Of a stretch of DNA of 64,000 nt, positions 25,143 to 35,823 are shown in pieces. The translations under genes and the position numbers were made by a program. Source of the stretch: Bacillota bacterium (lineage in GTDB: Bacteria > Bacillota > Clostridia > DUPQ01); contig DAINQB010000001.1 of assembly GCA_036743175.1 (NCBI GenBank), positions 3,523 through 67,522 of the forward strand, in the 5' to 3' direction. Position 1 is the stretch's first letter; each line of letters begins with the position of its first letter. The notes beneath the pieces were generated by a model that did no database searches, had not been told where the DNA came from, and saw nothing but the letters and a program-made list of their open reading frames with translations.

Positions 25143-25526
25143 TTATTCCCTTGGGATATTTACACTTTGAACATGTATATTGGCTTCCATTACTTTCATT
25201 CCGGTCATTCTTTCCACCGTCTTCTTGACTGTTTCCTGGATGTTCCAGGCAACCTCGGGAATCCTTGCCCCGAACTCAGCTATGATGTATATGTTGATAT
25301 ATACCTTGTCTTCCTTGGTTTCAACACGGATTCCCTTTGAAAGATTCCTGATACCCAGGACTTCAGCAATTCCTCCTGTCAGACCGCCGCTCATTGAATA
25401 AACACCGTCAACCTCAACTGCTGCAAGGCCTGCAATTATGGCAATCACTTCGTTGCTGATCTTAAGCTGCCCGTATTCTTCACCGCTGGAAATTATTTCA
25501 CTGCCAGACATATATCCTCCATTCAA
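25143..25526 (-). CDS. Asp23/Gls24 family envelope stress protein
   Basis: About 120 aa with the characteristic IAGLAAVEVDGV segment. Confidence 0.75.
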   Translation of the reverse strand: MNGGYMSGSEIISSGEEYGQLKISNEVIAIIAGLAAVEVDGVYSMSGGLTGGIAEVLGIRNLSKGIRVETKEDKVYINIYIIAEFGARIPEVAWNIQETVKKTVERMTGMKVMEANIHVQSVNIPRE

Positions 25527-25590
25527 GATAGATTATATCATTGCAGAAGCATTCAATTCAATCTGAGCAGGGAATATCATGCCGTAAATC

Positions 25591-26490
25591 CTAACCATTG
25601 TTCTTGGTAACAATATAATTCTTCACTATGAATTCAGGATAGTATGACTTCTTTGATTTTCGCAGCCCAGGCTTATCCATATCCTCCTGCCGGTTGATGT
25701 ACCGGACATCCTTCCACTCCTCTGATGTATAAACCTGATTCAGTTTTGCATAAATCCCATCAAATTCCGTATCAGCTTTCTCAAAGATTACAACAGCCAT
25801 GTCATCAGCTATTTTACTGCCCAGTGCAAAGGCTTCTATCATACCGTTTATCCTGATTGCTCCGCCCCTGTAATCAATTCCTCCGGAGCCCGACAGCAAC
25901 TCAAGAACAGCTTTCTTCTCATGTGAAGACGGTTTTTCAGGCCCGCAGTCCTGCTTCTGACACCATATTTCCATGACCCGCTCTATTTCATCCATGTCAC
26001 CGGGGCCGATTCTGACATACTCATACTTGTCGCCGTATGCCCTGTCAAATTTACTTATATGATTTCTTTTCTTTGAATATTTTTTCCCGGAAAGTTCTGC
26101 CAGATTCTCCTGAAGATAGACATATTCCCCAAATCCATGGGCTTCCGTATAAATGTACCTGTCACCGAATATTTCCTGTAACCTGCCCTTGTCCTCTTCA
26201 CTGACACAGTAGAGCCTGGCTGATTTTGTGACCTTGCTGCAATATTCCTCCAGATTATACATGGCTTTTTCCAGGTCTCCTGCTCCATAAGGCATGAAGG
26301 CCGTGTTCTGAAAGTTACACTCGAACATGAACAGGAAGCCGTCCTTTATATCGTAGGTAAGTCCTGAGAACTCACGCCATAAATACAGTGTCTGAAACTT
26401 TGACAGGGACATGTATTTGTCCGAATATTTCAGGTATTCCTTTATCTCATGTGCATTTTCTGTTGTCATTTTCCTTGGATTCAATGTCAA
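25591..26490 (-). CDS. DUF2156 (lysyl-PG-synthase C-terminal-like, GNAT-fold) domain protein
   Basis: About 300 aa with the two-GNAT-repeat pattern typical of DUF2156. Moderate certainty. Confidence 0.45.
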   Translation of the reverse strand: MTLNPRKMTTENAHEIKEYLKYSDKYMSLSKFQTLYLWREFSGLTYDIKDGFLFMFECNFQNTAFMPYGAGDLEKAMYNLEEYCSKVTKSARLYCVSEEDKGRLQEIFGDRYIYTEAHGFGEYVYLQENLAELSGKKYSKKRNHISKFDRAYGDKYEYVRIGPGDMDEIERVMEIWCQKQDCGPEKPSSHEKKAVLELLSGSGGIDYRGGAIRINGMIEAFALGSKIADDMAVVIFEKADTEFDGIYAKLNQVYTSEEWKDVRYINRQEDMDKPGLRKSKKSYYPEFIVKNYIVTKNNG

Positions 26491-27566
26491 AACGTAATTT
26501 CCCTTCCCTCTTCCGCCGATCTGTAGGCAGCGCCTATCAGTTTCATCATCTTCCTTGCATCATCAGCAGGAGAAATGTTTTCTTCCCTGCCCTCTATAAC
26601 GGCAATGAAATGGGCGAATTCATTCAATGCCTTTTTCTTATATTCCGTATCAGGATATAAATTTACCAGAGTATCATTTATTTCCGTAAAGATTTCCAAT
26701 TTGCGGTTGCTGTATCTCACGCCGCCTTTTGTACCAAACAGTTCATAGAAGAAATCTTCTTTTTCCGTGTTGAGTGCAAATGAAATCTCAAAATTCAAGG
26801 AAGCTCCGGAATTCAATCTGACAAATCCTACGGCAAGGTCCTCAACATCAAATATACCCTCTTCCGCAGTTTCTGAAAACCACATGTTCCTGGTGCGGCA
26901 TCCCTCGAACTTCCTGTAAGTGGATGCAGAAACTGATGTCGGCTCTGGACTGTCCATCATATAAAGGGCAAGGTCAATCATATGGACTCCCAGGTCAATC
27001 AATGGACCGCCTCCGGAAAGTGCCTTCTGTGTAAACCATCCTCCCATCCCGGGAATACCCCTGCGTCTTCTCCATCCGCACCTTGCATGGTAAATTTCAC
27101 CAAGATTGCCTTTGTTTATATAATCACGTATGAAGAACGCTTCGTTTGTGAACCTGTTGTTGAGACCAACCATCAGTTTTTTATTGTACTTTTCAGAAGC
27201 CCTGATCATATCAATGGCTTCGGATTCATTCATTGCGATGGGTTTCTCACAGTGCACATGAGCTCCTGCAGCCATTGCATCGATTGTCATCTGTCTGTGG
27301 AACTTGTTGGGGGTACAGACACTGACTATGTCAGGCTTTTCCCTGTCCAGCATTTCAAGATAATCATTATAAGTGTTGATTTTAGGATACTTTTCCTTCA
27401 TCGCTCCAAGAGCAGAGTCACTTACATCACTGATTGCTGCAACTTCCACATTGCCAAGTTCGTCATATCCCGGCAGATGCTTCCATTTTGCAATACCTCC
27501 TGCACCAATGCAGGCATATTTATAAGAGCCCATTACTTCACCTCTCCGGTTGGAACCTTGCGCCAC
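26487..27566 (-). CDS. Gfo/Idh/MocA family NAD(P)-dependent oxidoreductase
   Basis: N-terminal Rossmann CIGAGGIAK and the conserved EKP motif. Confidence 0.8.
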   Translation of the reverse strand: MAQGSNRRGEVMGSYKYACIGAGGIAKWKHLPGYDELGNVEVAAISDVSDSALGAMKEKYPKINTYNDYLEMLDREKPDIVSVCTPNKFHRQMTIDAMAAGAHVHCEKPIAMNESEAIDMIRASEKYNKKLMVGLNNRFTNEAFFIRDYINKGNLGEIYHARCGWRRRRGIPGMGGWFTQKALSGGGPLIDLGVHMIDLALYMMDSPEPTSVSASTYRKFEGCRTRNMWFSETAEEGIFDVEDLAVGFVRLNSGASLNFEISFALNTEKEDFFYELFGTKGGVRYSNRKLEIFTEINDTLVNLYPDTEYKKKALNEFAHFIAVIEGREENISPADDARKMMKLIGAAYRSAEEGREITF

Positions 27567-28270
27567 TCACATGAACCTGTGTCAACTATTTCACCGGCAG
27601 GAGCCGCCCACTTGCATGCATTCCTCAGAACCCTTCTGATTTTTTCATTGTTGAATGCTGAATTCGTCTCATGTCCTGGCTGAAAATAAAACATCTTTCC
27701 TCTTTCAACCTTGAAGCAGCAACCTGACCTGAAAACCTCGCCACCTCCGAACCATGATATGAATACGAGTTCATCCGGCTCGGGAATCCCAAAGGGTTCA
27801 CCATACATTTCTTCCTCAGGAAGATCAATGCTTTCACCTATGCCCTGGGCAATCGGATGGGCAGGATTCACAACCCATACCCTGCAGCTGTCCCCGTCCC
27901 TCCATTTGAGTGAACAGCTTGTTCCAGTAAGTTTCTTGAATATCTTTGAAAAATGTCCTGAGTGAAGGATTATAATTCCCATGCCGCCTCTCACACGGAC
28001 GGCTATCCTTTCCACCAGAGCATCATCCACTTCACCATGGGCCATATGTCCCCACCATACCAAAACATCAGTATCATTCAGAACATCTTCCGGAAGGCCA
28101 TGCTCAGGTTCATCCAATGTAGCAGTCCTTATCATGAAATCCCCGTCAACAGCCAGTGCGTCTGCTATTGCTCCATGAATTCCATTGGGATACAGGTTCC
28201 TTACAACCTCACTTTTCTTCTCATGTCTGTACTCATTCCAGATCGTAACCTTTATCATAGTCTCCTCCAT
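27533..28270 (-). CDS. ThuA-family (class-I glutamine-amidotransferase-like) protein
   Basis: IKVTIWNE...[13 protein letters not shown] matches ThuA family proteins. Confidence 0.65.
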   Translation of the reverse strand: MEETMIKVTIWNEYRHEKKSEVVRNLYPNGIHGAIADALAVDGDFMIRTATLDEPEHGLPEDVLNDTDVLVWWGHMAHGEVDDALVERIAVRVRGGMGIIILHSGHFSKIFKKLTGTSCSLKWRDGDSCRVWVVNPAHPIAQGIGESIDLPEEEMYGEPFGIPEPDELVFISWFGGGEVFRSGCCFKVERGKMFYFQPGHETNSAFNNEKIRRVLRNACKWAAPAGEIVDTGSCEWRKVPTGEVK

Positions 28271-28271
28271 A

Positions 28272-29327
28272 TCAAGTAAATTCTTTAATCAGCCTCAGCT
28301 GTTCTTCTTCATTACCGACCCTTGTTCTTATCAGTGCCCTGCATCCGGGGAATCTTTTGATGAATCCCGGTATCTCCTCAGGATTAAGGAACACATAAAG
28401 GCCCTTTCCTGCATCGATTATCCTTTCATACATTGCATGATACATTTCATCCGCATTACCGGGAGCACCTGCCCCGGGAACCCATTGTATGGTATTTATA
28501 TTTTCAATTCCAAGAAGACTGTCCAGATGCCTTACGGCTCCCGGTCCGTCAAGATGATATATAACATTGTCAAGCTTTTCAGCCTGCATCCTGAGATACG
28601 GAAGCTCAAACTCATCAAACATATCCTCAGACAACATGCATGATATATCGCTTTGCAGGACACTCGTGGTCCCCCTTCCCAGCAGATTGTAATGTGTATA
28701 GGCAGTATAACCCTCTTCCATTATTATCCCTGTCACCTCATCAAAGACCTTTTCCCACACGAGATAAAGACTGTCCATGGTCTTCCTAACTCCTGATGGA
28801 TTGTCGAGAAGCTCCATCAGCAGTCTCTGGGGTCCCATGACAGCTGAAAGTATATCAAGGTTCTGCTCAAAGTCAGGCATTGATGCCCTGAATACCCCAT
28901 TTGAATTATTTTTATAATATCTGGCAGAATCAATGGCCCATTTATACCATCTGTACTCATGACCGGCAGAATCAGCCTGAATAGGAATAAGCCTGTCACA
29001 TGTTTCCTTGATCTCCTGCAGGGTCATTGTTGATTCTGTAAACCATATGGTTGCCTCACTGTATACAGGTTCTGAACCTATGAGGGTAGCAAGACTGCCG
29101 GGACCTATATACGGAGCCAGATCCGGAAAAGCCTCTCCGTGGAAACTTTTCGGTGCAAAGAACTCAAGGTGCTTTGTGAGATTTTGTTCATAGTCAGCAT
29201 AATCAGCAGTATCCCTGTATGACGGGGCCTTGACCGAGACATCGGCCACAATGAGTTTCAATCCCTTTTCCCTGCCCCAGAACCTGTCGAATTTGTCTGT
29301 TGTATCAGTCCAGTTGGTCTTTAGCAT
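28272..29327 (-). CDS. uroporphyrinogen-decarboxylase-like (URO-D/MtaA-like) family protein, function unknown
   Basis: Weak URO-D-like TIM-barrel pattern in the C-terminal half ([15 protein letters not shown]...[10 protein letters not shown]). Low certainty. Confidence 0.35.
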   Translation of the reverse strand: MLKTNWTDTTDKFDRFWGREKGLKLIVADVSVKAPSYRDTADYADYEQNLTKHLEFFAPKSFHGEAFPDLAPYIGPGSLATLIGSEPVYSEATIWFTESTMTLQEIKETCDRLIPIQADSAGHEYRWYKWAIDSARYYKNNSNGVFRASMPDFEQNLDILSAVMGPQRLLMELLDNPSGVRKTMDSLYLVWEKVFDEVTGIIMEEGYTAYTHYNLLGRGTTSVLQSDISCMLSEDMFDEFELPYLRMQAEKLDNVIYHLDGPGAVRHLDSLLGIENINTIQWVPGAGAPGNADEMYHAMYERIIDAGKGLYVFLNPEEIPGFIKRFPGCRALIRTRVGNEEEQLRLIKEFT

Positions 29328-29345
29328 AAAAGTAAAATCCGGAAG

Positions 29346-29558
29346 TTACTCCGGATTGTCTCCAGTTTCAAATTTTTCCTCGAGTTCCGAAAGTCTCATA
29401 TCAAGTTCATCAACGGCATCAACAAGGTCATCTATTACCGTTGCACAATCTTCAAGTACTTCGATGATTTCGTTTATGAAATCCTTATGTTCACGCTCCC
29501 ATGGGACTCCGGTCATCCTGTCAATCAGTTTTCTGGCCCGGTCTGAAAGATAGTCCAT
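29346..29558 (-). CDS. small acidic coiled-coil protein, about 70 aa
   Basis: The start at MDYLSDRARKLIDRMTGVPWE lies directly after the efp stop codon. Conserved function unknown. Confidence 0.3.
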   Translation of the reverse strand: MDYLSDRARKLIDRMTGVPWEREHKDFINEIIEVLEDCATVIDDLVDAVDELDMRLSELEEKFETGDNPE

Positions 29559-29559
29559 T

Positions 29560-30117
29560 TCAGGCTCTTTCCATGTATTCACCGGTTCTTGTATCGACCC
29601 TGATTTTATCACCGATGTTGACAAACAATGGAACCTTGACCATTGCTCCGGTTTCAAGTGTTGCCGGTTTGGTGGCTCCCTGGGTTGTATCACCTTTGAA
29701 TCCGGGTTCTGTTTCAGTGACTTCAAGGACTACAAAGAACGGTGGTTCCACGCCGAATACCTTTCCTTTGTATGAGAGAACCTCCACCGTGTCATTTTCC
29801 TTGACGAACTTAAGGGCATCGCCCAGCTGATCACGGCTGATGGGTTCCTGTTCATAGGTTTCAACATCCATGAAGTAGTAAAGCTGACCGTCATTGTAGA
29901 GATACTGCATCTCCCTTTTATCCACCCTTGCCTTTTCATATTTATCACTTGGGTTGAAAGTTCTTTCAACTGTTGAACCGGATATTATATTCCTGATTTT
30001 TGCCCGCACAAAAGCCGCGCCTTTTCCCGGCTTGACATGCTGGAACTCGATGACCTGGCAAAGCTGCCCGTCCATTTCAAATGTGAGACCATTTCTGAAA
30101 TCTCCTGCACTTATCAT
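29560..30117 (-). CDS. efp: elongation factor P
   Basis: [14 protein letters not shown]...KPGKGAAF is the canonical EF-P N-terminus with the KPGKG loop. 185 aa. Confidence 0.9.
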   Translation of the reverse strand: MISAGDFRNGLTFEMDGQLCQVIEFQHVKPGKGAAFVRAKIRNIISGSTVERTFNPSDKYEKARVDKREMQYLYNDGQLYYFMDVETYEQEPISRDQLGDALKFVKENDTVEVLSYKGKVFGVEPPFFVVLEVTETEPGFKGDTTQGATKPATLETGAMVKVPLFVNIGDKIRVDTRTGEYMERA

Positions 30118-30224
30118 CAGTGATACCTCCATAACATATATCGTTTAGATTTTACCCTATATATTCACCCTTTGCAATCAGGGTATGATACTATTGATAA
30201 AGAATTTAAGACTCGGAGGCACTT

Positions 30225-31133
30225 ATGAAAGATGAAACAAAGATACAAAGGAAATGGAAAAAGATCTTTCTGGGCTTGTTCATATTTTTCCTGACAATCT
30301 CCCTCATTCTGGGAACGGTTGTTTTTCTTAACTGGGACTATATTCTGTTCAAGGCATTCATTACAAACAGATACCTGAAGACTGATATCCTTGATGAGAT
30401 ATATCCTGAATACATCGGCCAGGAAATTAACGGCAGATACTTCAGGTACTTTGATAATCTGAGCATTGCAGCGGTAACAAAGCTTATACGCGACACAGGA
30501 GATGACTATTACACCTATCAGTATAATCCTGACCAGTTTGAGAGCTACACATCATCAAGGGAAGAAAAGGCAGCCCTATCATATACCGAGGAACTCACCC
30601 CTGACACAATATACATGCTACTGACAAATTTCACACCGGATTCACTGGATTTCTTTATAAGATCCATACCGGTGATTTCTGAATACAAGAACCTTGTACT
30701 GGACCTGAGGGACAATGGAGGTGGAGATATTGATGTAATATTCAAGATAGCGGATTATTTCCTTCCTGAAAATGCAGGCATAGTAACCGAATACAGAAGA
30801 CACCGGTCCACCGAAATACTGGCAAAGGGTATACAGGAACTGAGCTTTGAAAAAATAGTCATTCTGCAGAACAACCGCACGGCTTCTGCTTCTGAACAGC
30901 TTATAGCTGCACTTGGATACAATCTTGCTGAAGTTACTACAGTAGGAACCCCAACCTTCGGCAAATCAGTGGGTCAGACCAGGATAGCACTTTTGGAAGG
31001 GTTCTATGTCAAAGCCACGACCCTTGAGTGGAAGATACCGGACGGTACGGAAATAGATGGAAACGGAATAGAACCTGATGTCACTTACGAAGGTTCTGAT
31101 ATCATTGGTTACGTACTTGAAAACCTGCTTTGA
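30225..31133 (+). CDS. S41-family (C-terminal processing) peptidase, membrane-anchored
   Basis: N-terminal TM anchor, an LDLRDNGGGD motif and a catalytic Ser/Lys region. Confidence 0.6.
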   Translation: MKDETKIQRKWKKIFLGLFIFFLTISLILGTVVFLNWDYILFKAFITNRYLKTDILDEIYPEYIGQEINGRYFRYFDNLSIAAVTKLIRDTGDDYYTYQYNPDQFESYTSSREEKAALSYTEELTPDTIYMLLTNFTPDSLDFFIRSIPVISEYKNLVLDLRDNGGGDIDVIFKIADYFLPENAGIVTEYRRHRSTEILAKGIQELSFEKIVILQNNRTASASEQLIAALGYNLAEVTTVGTPTFGKSVGQTRIALLEGFYVKATTLEWKIPDGTEIDGNGIEPDVTYEGSDIIGYVLENLL

Positions 31134-31164
31134 GAAACAATATTATTACGGATTCGTCAAAAAT

Positions 31165-31191
31165 AAGGACATTGCACCTGGCAATGTCCTT
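31165..31191. terminator. bidirectional terminator between convergent S41 and citrate synthase genes
   Basis: 11-bp stem AAGGACATTGC/GCAATGTCCTT with loop ACCTG. A T-tract follows on the minus strand (TTATTTTTG) and a weaker one on the plus strand. Confidence 0.5.
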
Positions 31192-31198
31192 TAAAATG

Positions 31199-32542
31199 TT
31201 ATCTGTCACCCATTCTCACATAATCCCTGGAGTTCAATACATTCTTGTATGCCGGTCTTATTATCCTGCCACCGTTGATGACCTCCTCAATTACATGGGC
31301 TGTCCATCCGGTTATCCTGGATGCCGCAAACAGCGGTGTGAAAAGGTCCTTGGGGATTCCAAGCATTTCATATACCAATCCTGAATAAAAGTCTACATTG
31401 GCACACAGATCCTTGGTGTTCTTCTTAACATCCTTGAAAACCTCCGGAGAAAGCCTTTCCACTGACCTGTAGAGCTCAAACTCCTCCATCCTGCCCTTTG
31501 TTTCGGCGAGTTCCCTGGCCTTGTCCCTGAGAATTTCGCATCTGGGGTCAGATTTAGTATATACCGCATGGCCGATTCCGTAGATCAGTCCGGATCTGTC
31601 ATATGCTTCCTTGTTCAATACCTTGACCAGATAATCACTCACTTCAGAATCGCTTGTCCAATTACCTACACTGGTCTTCATTTCACTCATCATGCCGTTG
31701 ACCTTTATATTGGCTCCCCCGTGCCTCGGGCCCTTCAGGGATCCGACCGCTGCAGCGATGGAGGAATATATATCCGTTCCGGATGATGCCACAACATGCG
31801 CAGTAAATGCGGAATTGTTTCCCCCGCCATGTTCTGCATGGAGCACCAGCAGAAGATCCAGTATTTCAGCTTCCAGCTTAGTATATTCCCCGGAATCCCT
31901 TGACATGAGAAGTATGTTCTCAGCTGTTGAAAGTTCCGGGTCAGGATTTCTGATTACAAGGCTTTTATTCAGCATATTGTATGTCTTGGCCTGGTATCCA
32001 TAGGCAATGAGGGCAGGAAATCTGGCAATGAGGTCGATGCCCTGACGTATGATATTCACTATGCTTGTATCATCAGGATTATCATCGTAAGAGTACAGTA
32101 CCAGTACACTTCTTGCCAGTTTGTTCATGATGTCATTGCTTGGGGCCTTTAGAATCATGTCCTCAAGGAATGATGGCGGCAGGCTCCTGCTCAGTCCCAG
32201 CAGTCCGCTGAATTTGTCCAGTTCTGTTTTATCCGGAAGTTTGCCGAACATAAGAAGATATGCAGTTTCCTCAAAACCGAATCTTCCTTCTGCCAAAAAA
32301 CCCTTTGTTATATCCTCAACATCAATGCCCCTGTAACGTAGTCTTCCTTCGACGGGCGTTTTCTCTCCCTCATCCATGATATATCCATGGACATCACCTA
32401 TTTCTGTAAGACCAACAAGGACACCGGTGCCATTTGCATTCCTGAGTCCGCGTTTCACATCATATTTACTGTAATAAGCCGGCTGTATGACATTGTTTCT
32501 CTCTGCCAGTGCTCCCAGTTCCATTATATAGTTTGATTTCAT
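31199..32542 (-). CDS. citrate synthase family protein (citrate or 2-methylcitrate synthase)
   Basis: HGGAN and GHAVY catalytic motifs. 447 aa. Confidence 0.8.
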   Translation of the reverse strand: MKSNYIMELGALAERNNVIQPAYYSKYDVKRGLRNANGTGVLVGLTEIGDVHGYIMDEGEKTPVEGRLRYRGIDVEDITKGFLAEGRFGFEETAYLLMFGKLPDKTELDKFSGLLGLSRSLPPSFLEDMILKAPSNDIMNKLARSVLVLYSYDDNPDDTSIVNIIRQGIDLIARFPALIAYGYQAKTYNMLNKSLVIRNPDPELSTAENILLMSRDSGEYTKLEAEILDLLLVLHAEHGGGNNSAFTAHVVASSGTDIYSSIAAAVGSLKGPRHGGANIKVNGMMSEMKTSVGNWTSDSEVSDYLVKVLNKEAYDRSGLIYGIGHAVYTKSDPRCEILRDKARELAETKGRMEEFELYRSVERLSPEVFKDVKKNTKDLCANVDFYSGLVYEMLGIPKDLFTPLFAASRITGWTAHVIEEVINGGRIIRPAYKNVLNSRDYVRMGDR

Positions 32543-32548
32543 TTTTCC

Positions 32549-33190
32549 TCACTTTCCCAATACTCTGTTTCTTGCATTCTTCACATGTATCAGCATGAAG
32601 TGCTCTGCCCGTATGCTGTCCTTTGCTGCGATTGCCTCATATATTGCCTTGTGTTCCTCCATTACAGCCTTTGCCCTTGCCGGTTTGCCGAAGCTGTCAC
32701 TCCTTGCCTTCTTAAGATTGTGGTGGAATGTGCTTAGAATATTCCTCAGTGTCTTGCTCCCGGACGCCTTGAATATTGTTTCATGGAAATCTCCGTCAAT
32801 CCTTACAAGGTGGTTCATATCCTTTCTGGCTGTATAGAATTCCTGAAGGTCCACTATTTCCCTGAGTTTCTCCAGTGTTTCGTCGTTTATGTTCTTTGCC
32901 GCCCTTCTCGCTGCAAGTCCCTCAATTGAAATTCTTATCTCGTATATATCCTCTATGTCCTGTTTTGTTATGCCGGTAACAATTATCGCCTTGTTTGGTA
33001 TAGCTTCAACCAACCCCTCCAGTTCAAGCTGACGTATTGCTTCCCTGACCGGGGTTCTGCTCACCTTGAGCTGTTCGGAAAGCATAAGCTCAGTTAGCTT
33101 CTGGCCTTCACTGTATTTACCGCTTATTATGTCTTCCTCAAGCTGTGCAAATACCCTTTCCCTGAGGGAACCCTGAAATTCCTCATTCAA
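32549..33190 (-). CDS. GntR-family (FadR/FCD subfamily) transcriptional regulator
   Basis: N-terminal winged HTH (LSEQLKVSRTPVREAIRQLELEGLV) and an FCD helical domain. The start is taken at TTG 33190, which has an AGGGG SD. The annotated upstream ATG lies inside the promoter and operator. Confidence 0.7.
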   Translation of the reverse strand: MNEEFQGSLRERVFAQLEEDIISGKYSEGQKLTELMLSEQLKVSRTPVREAIRQLELEGLVEAIPNKAIIVTGITKQDIEDIYEIRISIEGLAARRAAKNINDETLEKLREIVDLQEFYTARKDMNHLVRIDGDFHETIFKASGSKTLRNILSTFHHNLKKARSDSFGKPARAKAVMEEHKAIYEAIAAKDSIRAEHFMLIHVKNARNRVLGK

Positions 33191-33216
33191 TTCAATCACC
33201 CCTGTTTTTGTATTAT

Positions 33217-33260
33217 TGTATAATTGTATACAATTATACATACATAAGTGCCACTGTCAA
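33217..33260 (-). promoter_or_regulatory. GntR promoter (TTGACA, 16 nt, TATAAT) overlapped by a perfect 24-bp palindromic operator TGTATAATTGTATACAATTATACA
   Basis: Perfect palindrome at 33217-33240 with a GntR-type tGT-N-ACa core (TTGTATACAA). The minus-strand -10 TATAAT at 33238..33233 lies inside the palindrome, and -35 is at 33260..33255. Confidence 0.55.
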
Positions 33261-33277
33261 GCTTCAGTTTTTGTAAA

Positions 33278-34438
33278 TTATTTATATTTCGGGCTGATTT
33301 CCATGGCTTTTTCCATCAGATAATTGGAAAAATTATGGTCAGGATTCTTCATGACATCCTCAAGCAACTCATCAAGGATTCTTCTTATCTGCCTGCCCTC
33401 TTCTGAAATCCCCGCCTTTATCAGGTCATTTCCATCAATCTGGAGATCCTGAAGGGATGTGCAGTCGCCTGCTTCAATGATCATATTGTATACAGTAAGG
33501 TCGGATTTACCCAGCAGAAGAACCCTTTTTGTGTCTGCGACGCCTATCTGTGATATGAGTTTTCTTATCTGATATTTGGTGACATATGGCCCGTCATAGA
33601 ACTTGAGCAGAATATTATTTACACTCTTCACAGTCTTGCCATCCGCCTTCAACTGTTTGAGTATCCTGCCTGCATACTCCTGCTTTACAAGAAAATAGCA
33701 TAACCTGAGAAGATAATCATTCTGAAATGGTATTCCATGGTATCTGAGCAGCCTGAAATCAGGATGTATGCTCCTTCCAAGATTTGTATCCCTCAGATAA
33801 ATGATTTTTTCCGGAAACCTTCCTTTTAGCATTCTCGAGAATTCACTGTAGATTCTTTCCGCCGAAACCATGGATATGTTTTCGCATGTTCTCATGATGG
33901 CTTTTCTAGTCTTTGGCTCTATTTCAAAACCCAGCTCGCACGCAAATCTGACTGCCCTCATCATCCTGAGAGCATCTTCCTCAAATCTTTCATTGGGTTT
34001 TCCAACGGCTCTTATTACTTTCTTTGACAGATCATCCGCCCCGTTGAACAAGTCAACCAGTCCTGTATCAAAACTGAAGGCCATCGCATTGACTGTGAAG
34101 TCCCTTCTTTCAAGGTCCTCTTCCAGACTGCCGGCATGTTCAAGCTTGTCGGGATGCCTGTTGTCGGAATAACCATCCTCCTTGCGGTAAGTTGTTATGT
34201 CATAGAAATATCCATCATGTGAAACTCTGATGGAATTGTATTTAAGACCTACATCATAGGTATCCTTGAATATTTTCTTTATTTCATCCGGAGTTGCATT
34301 GGTCGCAATATCTACGTCATTGAAATCCCTGTCAATCAGGGAATCGCGCACACAGCCACCGACAAAATATGCTTCAAATCCATTTTGCCTCAAGACTTCC
34401 CAGGCTCCCCTGTGAATCATTAGATAGTCCCTGATCAT
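33278..34438 (-). CDS. cca: CCA-adding tRNA nucleotidyltransferase
   Basis: GGCVRD...DVDIAT polymerase-beta-type motif and an HD-like domain. Confidence 0.8.
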   Translation of the reverse strand: MIRDYLMIHRGAWEVLRQNGFEAYFVGGCVRDSLIDRDFNDVDIATNATPDEIKKIFKDTYDVGLKYNSIRVSHDGYFYDITTYRKEDGYSDNRHPDKLEHAGSLEEDLERRDFTVNAMAFSFDTGLVDLFNGADDLSKKVIRAVGKPNERFEEDALRMMRAVRFACELGFEIEPKTRKAIMRTCENISMVSAERIYSEFSRMLKGRFPEKIIYLRDTNLGRSIHPDFRLLRYHGIPFQNDYLLRLCYFLVKQEYAGRILKQLKADGKTVKSVNNILLKFYDGPYVTKYQIRKLISQIGVADTKRVLLLGKSDLTVYNMIIEAGDCTSLQDLQIDGNDLIKAGISEEGRQIRRILDELLEDVMKNPDHNFSNYLMEKAMEISPKYK

Positions 34439-34492
34439 AATTACACCCCTGCAATCGATCCTGTGACTAGATTATAACCCTATACAACAAAT

Positions 34493-34513
34493 AGGGCAAC
34501 GATTCGTTGCCCT
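34493..34513 (-). terminator. putative lysA terminator hairpin
   Basis: Stem AGGGCAACG/CGTTGCCCT followed on the minus strand by ATTTGTTGTAT. A TATAAT-like element for cca follows. Confidence 0.35.
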
Positions 34514-34523
34514 GCTGGATATG

Positions 34524-35771
34524 TCACTCAAAATTCCTGACCAGGTCCTCCAGTGTGTCCCTGCGTCTGATCATTTTTATACTTCCGTCCGGTTTAATAA
34601 GGACCTCAGCAGGCCGCAGCCTGTTATTGTAGTTTGAGCTCATTGAATAACCATAGGCTCCTGCATCCATTACACCAAGGATATCCCCTTCCCTTATTTC
34701 AGGCATAGGCCTTTCATGGGCCATTATATCCCCCGACTCACATATATTACCCACGATATCCACGGTTTCGACTGCTTCTTCATCCAATAGCCTTCCATCC
34801 CTGTAGACCTCTATATCGTGATGTGAATCATACATGGCAGGTCTGATAAGCGTATTGAATCCAAGGTCTGTACCAATATACAACCTGTCATAATTTGACT
34901 TGCGGGCATAAACCGTTCCAAGGAGTATACAGCTTTCAGCACTTATATACCTGCCCGGTTCCGTTCTGAATAGTATTCTCTTGCCGTATGAATCCGTCCA
35001 TTCCTCGAGAATTGAAGCAAACTCCCTTCCAAAGGACTCAAGTTCAAGCCTGGGCTGTCCTTCCTGTTTCTTGTATGGGATACCAAAGCCACCACCGAAA
35101 TCGACGAATTCCAGGTTCTCGAATTGTGAAGCTGTATCCAGAACACTTCTCACACCCTGAAGATAATTCTCACCATCCATGAACAATGAGCCAATATGCT
35201 GGTTTATTCCTGACAATGTCAGGTTATATTTTTCAAGCAGTTCCCTTACCATGGGAGCTTTATCCAAATTGATTCCGAATTTGGTTTTCTTGCCTGCAGT
35301 AACAACTTTTTTATGGTGCCCGGCGCCAAGACCCGGATTGAATCTTACACTGACCCTTCCCCCGGGATTAAGTCTGCCAAACCTTTCAAGCTGTGAAAGA
35401 CTGTCAACACTTACGGGGATTCCCCTGTCAATGGCAAACATCATCTCTTCATCAGAGACATTGTTGCTTATGTAGAAAATCTCATTGGCCTTGAATCCCG
35501 CTTTTTCCAGTACATATATCTCGCCCGGAGACATGGCATCTGCATGGAGGCCCTCTTCATGGGCTATCTTAAGCAAAGTAAGGTTGGAATTTGCTTTCAT
35601 GGAATAAGTTACCTGGAAGTTTTCATAAGGAACCATTCCCGTCATTTCACGGCATCTTTTCCTGAAAATCTCTTCACTATAAACAAACAAGGGTGAACCG
35701 AACTCCCTTACCAGTTCATCCGGTCTGTTACCCTTGTAAAAATTCATCGCTTCACTGAAATAATACGTCAC
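34524..35771 (-). CDS. lysA: diaminopimelate decarboxylase
   Basis: PLP-dependent group IV decarboxylase, with YSMKAN (PLP Lys), a GGG loop and an EPGR motif. Confidence 0.85.
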   Translation of the reverse strand: MTYYFSEAMNFYKGNRPDELVREFGSPLFVYSEEIFRKRCREMTGMVPYENFQVTYSMKANSNLTLLKIAHEEGLHADAMSPGEIYVLEKAGFKANEIFYISNNVSDEEMMFAIDRGIPVSVDSLSQLERFGRLNPGGRVSVRFNPGLGAGHHKKVVTAGKKTKFGINLDKAPMVRELLEKYNLTLSGINQHIGSLFMDGENYLQGVRSVLDTASQFENLEFVDFGGGFGIPYKKQEGQPRLELESFGREFASILEEWTDSYGKRILFRTEPGRYISAESCILLGTVYARKSNYDRLYIGTDLGFNTLIRPAMYDSHHDIEVYRDGRLLDEEAVETVDIVGNICESGDIMAHERPMPEIREGDILGVMDAGAYGYSMSSNYNNRLRPAEVLIKPDGSIKMIRRRDTLEDLVRNFE

Positions 35772-35823
35772 TGCACTGCCTCCGGTTGATTTTCTAAGAT
35801 TTTATTCAATGCAGGCCCTGCTG

